A stretch of 27,571 bases of DNA. Origin: Aquificaceae bacterium (lineage in GTDB: Bacteria; Aquificota; Aquificia; Aquificales; Aquificaceae). Positions within the stretch are counted from its first letter, which is position 1, and each line of letters begins with the position of its first letter. Positions 18,189 to 25,651 of this stretch are shown one piece after another. A model generated the notes under the pieces. It was not told where the DNA came from, ran no database searches, and worked only from the letters and a program-made list of their open reading frames with translations. Both the position numbers and the translations under genes were made by a program. The DNA lies in contig JBEPZX010000015.1 in assembly GCA_041640635.1 (NCBI GenBank), positions 1 through 27,571 on the forward strand. Reading direction: 5' to 3'.

Positions 18189-18850
18189 AATTTCACATAC
18201 AATCTGAAATCATTGATATAACTAAATTCAAAATATTGATTTATATCATATTCATAAACATAATATACTTTCAAGATTTTGATTTTCCAGCATTTTACTA
18301 AATATATGATGTTAATATAATGTAACAAGCATAAAACCCTTGATTTATCTATATTTAATGGAGAATTTCACACCTCTCAAAAATCTTACGAAAAATCAAG
18401 GACTTACAAACAAAGAATTTCACATAAAATCTCACATAAATCTCACAATTTCACATACCCTTCATGTGGAATTTTTACATTGTTCGTAAGTCCCTGAAAT
18501 ATCGAAATTTTTCCAAAAAGAATTTCACATATCCCAAACACTACTCTATCAAGGATTTAAGAAGAATTTCACATATCTTAATGTAAGTCCTTGAAAAATC
18601 GAAGAAAATTTTCGTCGAAAAATGAGTGACTTAGAGGAAGAAATGTGAAATTGTGAAATTCGTACCAGAACTCCTTGAAATTTCGACATTTTTTCTATTT
18701 TAATCTCATCCTACTCTATCAACGCTCTCAAATATGCACCTGTGAAATTCTTTCTAAAAAATTACGGAAAATCAGGAACTTACAAAAAGGGGGTGTGAAA
18801 TTTATGCCGCCTATTATTTTAATTATCTATAATAAGTAATTAATAATAGA
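18189..18850. other. Repeat-rich non-coding element, candidate chromosomal replication origin (oriC)
   Basis: AATTTCACA at 18189, 18364, 18416, 18447, 18521, 18565; its reverse complement TGTGAAATT at 18644, 18652, 18741, 18794; variants at 18428, 18439, 18465; interleaved 19-bp IHF-like motifs; AT-rich end at 18811-18862. The repeats are certain; origin function is inferred. Confidence 0.62.
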
Positions 18851-18879
18851 GAGTATAAAATTAGGATAATAAGTAGAGG

Positions 18880-19944
18880 ATGAATAAAGAAAAATTTTTT
18901 TCTTACTTTCTTTTGGGTCTCACAGCTCTGTTCATAGTAGTTTTAGCATACATGCTTCAATGGTTTATAAAACCAATAATTTGGGCACTCATATTTGCTT
19001 TGATCGCTTATCCAATTCATATATGGATGACAAGGTTAATAAGGTATAGGACTGTTTCTGCATTAATCATAGCCACTTTTGTTTTTCTTATTATAGTTAT
19101 ACCTACTTTTGTTATAGGCTTTCTTGTTGTCCAAGAGGCATTTAATCTGACCTATTACGTAGTTCAGTTTATGCAAAATCATGATTATGTAAACTTAACT
19201 CAAGATTTGATAAAAAAACCATGGATAGAAAAACGCATCGGTAAAGAAAACATAGATAATCTTCTAAACTATATACAAAGTGATTCTTTCAAAAACCATA
19301 TTTTTTCTTTTTTTAGTGAGTTGTTAAAAAGACTAGGAGAGACCACAACCGCCATGATCATAAATACGGGTAATGTAATATTCAAGACCTTTATTTTCCT
19401 CCTAACCTTCTTTTTTATACTAAGGGATGGGTATAAATTTTTCGAATTCGTAAAAGAATTAATTCCGATGGAAATAGAAGATATTGTAAAGATATCCACT
19501 ACGGTTTATAAAACTGTTTTATCTGTTGTATACGGATCCATATTTATAGCTATAGCTCAAGGTGTAGCTAGCTTTGTTGCTTATGTAATAATTGGTTATA
19601 AATACTCCCTCTTACTTGCTTTTGTTACATTCGTAGCATCCTTTATACCTCCCTTTGGTGCATCCTTTATATGGGTACCTGTAGCAATATACACATTCTT
19701 TAAGTTAGGTGTATACAAAGGTATATTTATGATTTTATACGGAACGTTAATTATATCGATGATGGATAATATATTGAGACCACTCTTTATGAAAAAAGAT
19801 GTAAATTTACCTTATATAGCTCTCTTTTTTTCCATACTAGGTGGTCTGTATACCTTTGGCTTTATAGGATTGTTTTTGGGACCTATTTTGTTTACCACTA
19901 CTGTTACACTTCTTTCCATTTACAAAAAGCGTCTTTTAAGCTAA
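18880..19944 (+). CDS. AI-2E (PerM/UPF0118) family membrane transporter
   Basis: Hydrophobic 354 aa; FFILRDG, AIAQG, SFIPPFG..FIWVP, MDNILRP, GG...FGFIGLFLGP motifs. Confidence 0.9.
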   Translation: MNKEKFFSYFLLGLTALFIVVLAYMLQWFIKPIIWALIFALIAYPIHIWMTRLIRYRTVSALIIATFVFLIIVIPTFVIGFLVVQEAFNLTYYVVQFMQNHDYVNLTQDLIKKPWIEKRIGKENIDNLLNYIQSDSFKNHIFSFFSELLKRLGETTTAMIINTGNVIFKTFIFLLTFFFILRDGYKFFEFVKELIPMEIEDIVKISTTVYKTVLSVVYGSIFIAIAQGVASFVAYVIIGYKYSLLLAFVTFVASFIPPFGASFIWVPVAIYTFFKLGVYKGIFMILYGTLIISMMDNILRPLFMKKDVNLPYIALFFSILGGLYTFGFIGLFLGPILFTTTVTLLSIYKKRLLS

Positions 19945-19949
19945 TTGGT

Positions 19950-21458
19950 TCACATATGGTAAGGTGTAGAAAGATATCTTCTCTTGCTTTCTATGGCTAT
20001 AAATGCCAAAAATGCTATGATGGATATTACATAAATCCTTGAAAGCATAATTCCCATATCCTTTTGAGATAATACTTCTGGTAACTTAGAAACACCCCAA
20101 GCGTATAAGAGTACAAAAATAAAAATAGGCGATACTATTGCAAAGAAATAAACAAGCCATTTTGGAATTCTTATTGCGGTGTCTCTTGTTAACTCTTTAT
20201 AAAAGTTGTTAACACCAAATATCCAAACAAATACTATTATTTCCAATAAACCAAAAAACAGAAGCATGAGCGTGCCAGCCCAAAAATCTACATCATCTAT
20301 AAATCCTGGAACAAAAGCGGAAAGAAAGGCACCTATTGAGACCATCACCATAGATACTAAAACGGATTTTGTATGGCTCCATCTCATTTCATCTTCAAAA
20401 AGAGATACCAATGGTTGAATTAGCGCTACTACGGATGTAAGAGCTGCAATAAAAAGTAGTACAAACCAAATGAAAGATAAAAGGCTACCTAAAGGCAATC
20501 CCATAAGTATGGCAGGCATGCTTACAAAGCCTAACCTAAATGTTCCTTCCTTTGCGAGGTCTGGAACAGCCATAGCACCAAATACGGCAAAAGCGGCTGG
20601 TATGGCTATAGAAGCGCCTATTACTACTTCTACAAATTCGTTGATACCAGCTGTCCATAATCCAGCCTTTACTACGTCCTCTCTCTGTTTTACGTAACTT
20701 GCGTATGTAGCTATAGCGCCCATTCCTAGAGATAGAGTAAAAAATATCTGTCCTGATGCTTCGATCCATATTTGAGGATCTGTAAGCTTTGAAAAATCAG
20801 GTGTATAGATAAATAGTAATCCACTAAAACCTTTACCTCCACTTATAGTAAGAGAGACAACAGATAATGTTAAGCCCATTAAAAGCAAGGTTGGAATGCC
20901 AAACTTAGCAAGTACTTCTATACCTTTGGCTATTCCTCTTTGGAGGATATACCAACTAATGACTATAGTGATTACAAGAAAAATAATAGCTTGTATGGAA
21001 GGAGAAGTGTAATTTCTAAAGAAGTCCAAAAAAGGATTCATAGCTTGCTTATAATCTTCTGTAATTGCAGGTTTAGGAAGTTGTCCAATTAACGCGTAAA
21101 AAGCAAAACCGAGAGTCCAAGAAGCTATATAAATGTAGTAAGTAACTATAAGAAAGGGAATTGCAACACCTAAAGAACCCAGAACTCTAGATGAGTAAGA
21201 ATGATTAAAGAAAGAGCCTAAAATACCTGTCATAGAACCGTGTCCTTTTGCTCCTGCATATCTACCAATTACCCATTCAATTAGCATTAACGGAAGACCT
21301 ATTATGAAAAGAGCAATAAAGTAAGGGACCATAAAAGCCCCACCACCATACAAAGCTACTTTGGAAGGAAATCTCAAAAGGTTTCCAAGACCTATGGCAT
21401 TTCCAGCAGCAGCAAAAATCAACCCTGTTTTAGATATCCACTTTTCCCTTTCCCTCAT
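19950..21458 (-). CDS. Na+-dependent amino acid transporter, NSS/SNF family (LeuT-like)
   Basis: GNAIGLGNLLRFP, GGGAFMVPY, QIFFTLSLG.GAI.TYASY, NE.VEV, DFWAGT, which closely parallel Aquifex LeuT. Confidence 0.93.
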   Translation of the reverse strand: MREREKWISKTGLIFAAAGNAIGLGNLLRFPSKVALYGGGAFMVPYFIALFIIGLPLMLIEWVIGRYAGAKGHGSMTGILGSFFNHSYSSRVLGSLGVAIPFLIVTYYIYIASWTLGFAFYALIGQLPKPAITEDYKQAMNPFLDFFRNYTSPSIQAIIFLVITIVISWYILQRGIAKGIEVLAKFGIPTLLLMGLTLSVVSLTISGGKGFSGLLFIYTPDFSKLTDPQIWIEASGQIFFTLSLGMGAIATYASYVKQREDVVKAGLWTAGINEFVEVVIGASIAIPAAFAVFGAMAVPDLAKEGTFRLGFVSMPAILMGLPLGSLLSFIWFVLLFIAALTSVVALIQPLVSLFEDEMRWSHTKSVLVSMVMVSIGAFLSAFVPGFIDDVDFWAGTLMLLFFGLLEIIVFVWIFGVNNFYKELTRDTAIRIPKWLVYFFAIVSPIFIFVLLYAWGVSKLPEVLSQKDMGIMLSRIYVISIIAFLAFIAIESKRRYLSTPYHM

Positions 21459-22762
21459 ATTAACGCATTATTATAAATAATCTCTTCAAAGTTCTCCAAC
21501 CATACGTACTCTTCCCTTTCTGGTCCAGAGGATAACATCACAACAGGAATTTTTAAGTAATCTTGTATGAAGTTTATGTACTCTTTAGCTTTTTGGGGTA
21601 TTTGATCAGGATCCTTTATACCTTTTGTATTTGTGAGCCATCCATCAAACACCTTATATATTGGTTTAACATAATTTAATACATAGTCTGAGCTTGGAAA
21701 ATCTTCAATTATTTTTCCATTGTGCTCATATGCAACACAAACTTTTATTTTTTCAAAGGCATCTAGCACATCAAGTTTTGTAATTATCAATCCATCCAGC
21801 CCATTAACTCTTACTGCATGCTTTAGCGCTACCAAATCTAACCAGCCGCATCTTCTGGGTCTTCCAGTTGTAGATCCATATTCTCTTCCAATGTCTCTAA
21901 GTTTTTGTCCATATTCATCGTGAAGTTCTGTAGGGAAAGGACCTTCTCCAACTCTGGTAGTGTATGCCTTAGAAATACCTACAAAAAAGGCGTTGCTAAA
22001 GAATTTAGGTGGCAGTCCTGTTCCATTGGAAAGTCCCAAAGCTGAAGCATTAGAAGATGTGACATATGGGTATGTCCCCATGTCTATATCAAGAAGTGTT
22101 CCTTGAGCACCTTCAAAAAGTATTCTTTTGGTTGTATTTAACAGATATGTAGTTGTATCACTTACTATGTCTTTTATTTGCTCATAGTGTATCAATGCTT
22201 TCTCAAAAATTTCACTTGCATCTAGCTTGTGGTTTTCGCAATAAATTTTTTCACATAATCCATTAACCAAATCTACATTTTCTCTTATTAACTTATAGAG
22301 ACTCTCTTTATCTTGGAAGTGGCTGAATCTAACACCTTTTCTTGCGTATTTGAACATGTAGGTTGGACCTATACCTCTGAGAGTTGTTCCTATCTTTCCT
22401 TTTTTCTCAAAAAGCGCATCCAAAACCTTATGGTAAGGCAGAACTATATGTGCTCTATCGCTCAGTATAAGTCTATCCCTAATCTTTATTCCTTTGTCTT
22501 CTAAATCTTTTATTTCCTTTAGTAATACTTCCAAATCTACTACCATGCCTTGAGATATTATGCCTATAGTGTGAGTATGTAGTATTCCAGTGGGAAGAAG
22601 GTGCAGTACGAATTTTTCGTTGTTTACATACACAGTATGTCCAGCATTGCTACCGCCTTGATACCTTACTACTATTTCGTAATATGATGAGAGTAAATCT
22701 ACTATTTTCCCTTTTCCTTCGTCACCCCATTGGGCACCTAAAATAACTAAGTCTTTTTTCAT
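21455..22762 (-). CDS. purA: Adenylosuccinate synthetase
   Basis: GAQWGDEGKGK, QGGSNAGHT, FEGAQG, GTYPYVTSS, EYGSTTGRPRRCGWLD, TKLDVL. Confidence 0.98.
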   Translation of the reverse strand: MKKDLVILGAQWGDEGKGKIVDLLSSYYEIVVRYQGGSNAGHTVYVNNEKFVLHLLPTGILHTHTIGIISQGMVVDLEVLLKEIKDLEDKGIKIRDRLILSDRAHIVLPYHKVLDALFEKKGKIGTTLRGIGPTYMFKYARKGVRFSHFQDKESLYKLIRENVDLVNGLCEKIYCENHKLDASEIFEKALIHYEQIKDIVSDTTTYLLNTTKRILFEGAQGTLLDIDMGTYPYVTSSNASALGLSNGTGLPPKFFSNAFFVGISKAYTTRVGEGPFPTELHDEYGQKLRDIGREYGSTTGRPRRCGWLDLVALKHAVRVNGLDGLIITKLDVLDAFEKIKVCVAYEHNGKIIEDFPSSDYVLNYVKPIYKVFDGWLTNTKGIKDPDQIPQKAKEYINFIQDYLKIPVVMLSSGPEREEYVWLENFEEIIYNNALI

Positions 22763-23874
22763 TGACCTACCTCTAAGAGTTGTTTAGCCATTTTGGCTAT
22801 GGTATCTAAAAGCTCTTTTATACCCCAGCCTTTGTTTGCAGATACTACTACAGATTTACTTTCCATAAATGCGGGTTGTGTAAGATACTTGACTTCTTCT
22901 TCACTTTTTACTATAAGGTCTACTTTATTAAAAACATATATGACCGGTTTATTGTCGGCATCCAAATCTGCAAGTATCTGTTGAACAGTTTTTACTTTTT
23001 CTAACCAATTTTTATCTGAAATATCTATAACATGTAAAATGATATCGGCTTCTTGAACCTCTTCAAGGGTTGCTTTAAAGGATTCTATGAGTTCTGGAGG
23101 AAGTTTTCTTATAAATCCTACTGTATCCGTAATTAGGATTTTTACGTCTGGGAATATAAAACGAGCAGAAGTTTTTGTATCCAATGTGGCAAAGAGCATA
23201 TCTGCTACAAATGTGTCTCTACCTGTTATTGCTTTTATTAAGCTTGACTTTCCCACATTTGTGTAACCAACTAAGGCTACTTTTATGACCTTTACATCAT
23301 CTACAAACCTTTCTCTTCTTTTTCTTTGTTCTCTTCTCTGTCTTTTTATATCTTCCAGTTCCTCTTTTATTTGTTGTATCCTTCTTTTAATCCATCTTCT
23401 TTTTATTTCTGCCTCTTGTTCACCAGGACCTCTCGTTCCAACTCCACCACCAAGTCTAGAAAGTTCCTTTCCTTTCCCATAAAGTCTTGGCAATTCGTGG
23501 GTAAGTTTGGCAAGTTCCACCTGAAGCTTTGCTGTTTTAGTTCTTACTCTTCTAGAAAAGATTTCCAAAACTAAGTCAGTTCTATCTAAAACTTTTCTGC
23601 CTATTTCTTTTTCTAGGCTACTAACTTGCGATGGTGTAAGAAAAGCATCAAAAATAACTGTATCTGCATTTATACCCTCACATACTTCCTTTATTTCTTT
23701 TACTTTACCTGCTCCTACATAGTATCTAACGTCGGGTTCAGATCTTTTTTGAGTTATGTAACCTAGCACTTTACCATCTACGGCTCTTACTAGTTCCTTT
23801 AGTTCTTCCAAAGACTCAAGAAACTCTTCCCTTGTTTTATTTGGATTGACAACGCTTACTAAGATGCTTCTCAT
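22759..23874 (-). CDS. hflX: Ribosome-splitting GTPase HflX
   Basis: LSRLGGGVGTRGPGE, GYTNVGKSS, LFATLD, DTVGFI, NKVD, SA motifs. Confidence 0.97.
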   Translation of the reverse strand: MRSILVSVVNPNKTREEFLESLEELKELVRAVDGKVLGYITQKRSEPDVRYYVGAGKVKEIKEVCEGINADTVIFDAFLTPSQVSSLEKEIGRKVLDRTDLVLEIFSRRVRTKTAKLQVELAKLTHELPRLYGKGKELSRLGGGVGTRGPGEQEAEIKRRWIKRRIQQIKEELEDIKRQRREQRKRRERFVDDVKVIKVALVGYTNVGKSSLIKAITGRDTFVADMLFATLDTKTSARFIFPDVKILITDTVGFIRKLPPELIESFKATLEEVQEADIILHVIDISDKNWLEKVKTVQQILADLDADNKPVIYVFNKVDLIVKSEEEVKYLTQPAFMESKSVVVSANKGWGIKELLDTIAKMAKQLLEVGQ

Positions 23875-24086
23875 TAACTCCCTTGCACGATAGTGCTTAT
23901 TGCATGCTTGTATATCAAATTAGGTTCTCCTTCTACTTCTAAAAGCATAGTGTATTTGTCATGGTCTAGTATTTTGCCAGTTATTCTGTTACCACGTGTC
24001 AGGAACACAGTTACAGTAGCTCCTTTTCTTTTTAACTCGTCTATGAATTCATCCTGTATATTGTTGTTCTTTTCCGTATGAAACAT
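23874..24086 (-). CDS. hfq: RNA chaperone Hfq (70 aa, no C-terminal tail)
   Basis: AGGAGG SD; IQDEF, V.VFL..G..I.G, LIYKHAISTI Sm2 motif; directly upstream of hflX. Confidence 0.92.
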   Translation of the reverse strand: MFHTEKNNNIQDEFIDELKRKGATVTVFLTRGNRITGKILDHDKYTMLLEVEGEPNLIYKHAISTIVQGS

Positions 24087-24140
24087 ACTTAGCCTCCTAT
24101 ATAAATTTTATCCAACTAACAAAATAATCAAGATTATAAC

Positions 24141-24656
24141 TTATCTATTTATGTAAGTGTTTTTATACTTTACATAATTTTGGCAAGATTCTTCTATAAG
24201 TGCAATTTCTTCGGGTTTTAGGTCTCTTACCACTTTTGCAGGAAATCCAGCAACCAAAACTCCAGAAGGTATTTTTTTGTTAGGTGTAACCAATGCACCA
24301 GCACCAACCAAAACGTAATCTTCTATAATTACTCCGTCCATTATAGTTGCTCCCATACCAACTAGAACTTTGTTTCCTATTGTGCATCCGTGAATAATTA
24401 CTCTATGACCTACAGTAACATCATCGCCTATGATAGTTGGGTGAGTGTCGTGAGTTACATGAACTACGCTGTTATCTTGAATATTGGTTCTTTTTCCTAT
24501 ACGTATGTAATTTACATCTCCTCTTACAACTACTCCGTACCATAAACTAGAGTCTTCTCCTATTTCTACATCTCCTATTACAACGGCATTTTCCGCCAGA
24601 AAGACGCTTGGATGTATCTTGGGATATATACCTTTGTAGTCTTTAATCAAAGCCAT
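24141..24656 (-). CDS. Gamma-carbonic anhydrase family hexapeptide-repeat protein (YrdA/CaiE-like)
   Basis: RGDVNYIRIG.RTNIQD..VVH, TVGH..IIHGC, which include the three Zn-binding His. Confidence 0.92.
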   Translation of the reverse strand: MALIKDYKGIYPKIHPSVFLAENAVVIGDVEIGEDSSLWYGVVVRGDVNYIRIGKRTNIQDNSVVHVTHDTHPTIIGDDVTVGHRVIIHGCTIGNKVLVGMGATIMDGVIIEDYVLVGAGALVTPNKKIPSGVLVAGFPAKVVRDLKPEEIALIEESCQNYVKYKNTYINR

Positions 24657-24715
24657 GTTTTAAGATTATAATTTAGAGTTTTTAAGAATATACCTCGGTT
24701 GAAATATAGTCGCCT

Positions 24716-25576
24716 TCACTTTAAATTTATAGAGATTTCAAAACCTTCATCACCAATACTTGCTGGCAAATTTCCCCAGCCCAGCTTAACTATTTTGTCA
24801 ATACTAAACGAAATAGGAATTCCTTTTATAAGCACAGGTTCCAAATCTGAACCAATCATAAAAATCTCATCTTTCTTGCCTGGTGGTATTGCTTCCAGTT
24901 CATCCATAGGTATTCTTTGCTGAAGTTTATATAGTATAAATAGTCCAGATGGATGATCACCCGCAGCTTCTTCTCCTTTATCGGTTTTTATTCTCACAAT
25001 TGAAGGTTGCGCAAAACCGTAAGAGTATTTGGATTTTGAAGTGTTTTCCACTGTACCTTTTAATATAACATAGTCACTGAATATGTAAGCTTCTTTAATG
25101 CAAATTGATATATTACCTTTTGTGCCACATTTATCTGCGTATTCTATCTTTCGAATAAATCTTTCTGTATTAACTTTCCATTTTCTGCCTTCTTTGTAAA
25201 CAACATCTTTTATTGTTTCAATTATTGGTTTTTCTTGTGTCTCAAGTTGATACTTTATTTCTCCGTGGATTAAAAACATGTTATCTCCCAGATCCTCTTT
25301 CCTAACAACTCTGTAATCTAAAAGTTTAGCTCCCTTAAATTTGAACTCTTCACCAACTTTCTTCATGTGCTGTAAAATCTCGTCTCTACTGACACCAAGA
25401 GCTTGAATACTATACTCTGAGATTAACTCAGCTGCTTTTTCAGGTTGATTTTTAATTTGATAGGTTATCAAGGCTTGATGTACTCCTTCAGGAGTATCTG
25501 GAAATTCAGATATACGGCTACAAGATATAAATGAAGGCAAATACAAAATCAATAAAAAAAGTATCGCCTTACGCAT
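24716..25576 (-). CDS. Hypothetical lipoprotein
   Basis: 286-aa ORF; SD-like GGGGGA; MRK + hydrophobic stretch + FISC lipobox-like Cys19; no family recognised. Confidence 0.75.
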   Translation of the reverse strand: MRKAILFLLILYLPSFISCSRISEFPDTPEGVHQALITYQIKNQPEKAAELISEYSIQALGVSRDEILQHMKKVGEEFKFKGAKLLDYRVVRKEDLGDNMFLIHGEIKYQLETQEKPIIETIKDVVYKEGRKWKVNTERFIRKIEYADKCGTKGNISICIKEAYIFSDYVILKGTVENTSKSKYSYGFAQPSIVRIKTDKGEEAAGDHPSGLFILYKLQQRIPMDELEAIPPGKKDEIFMIGSDLEPVLIKGIPISFSIDKIVKLGWGNLPASIGDEGFEISINLK

Positions 25577-25651
25577 TTCTTCCCCCTATCCCAAATTTTA
25601 ACAGAAAAATAGCCTTCACTTTGACGACATTTTCAGGATTATAATTTAAAC

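Noticed and set aside
18416..18660. TGTGA/TCACA as CRP binding sites
   Set aside because: Half-sites are never arranged as TGTGA-N6-TCACA, and the conserved flank (AATT) lies on what would be the spacer side.
18361..18802. Repeat cluster as a CRISPR array
   Set aside because: Repeats are 9-19 bp, occur in both orientations, are irregularly spaced and lack unique spacers of constant length; no cas genes in the window.
18140..18879. Hidden protein-coding gene, IS or MITE in the intergenic gap
   Set aside because: No ORF in the supplied track, no transposase remnant, and no terminal inverted repeats with a target duplication that I could identify.
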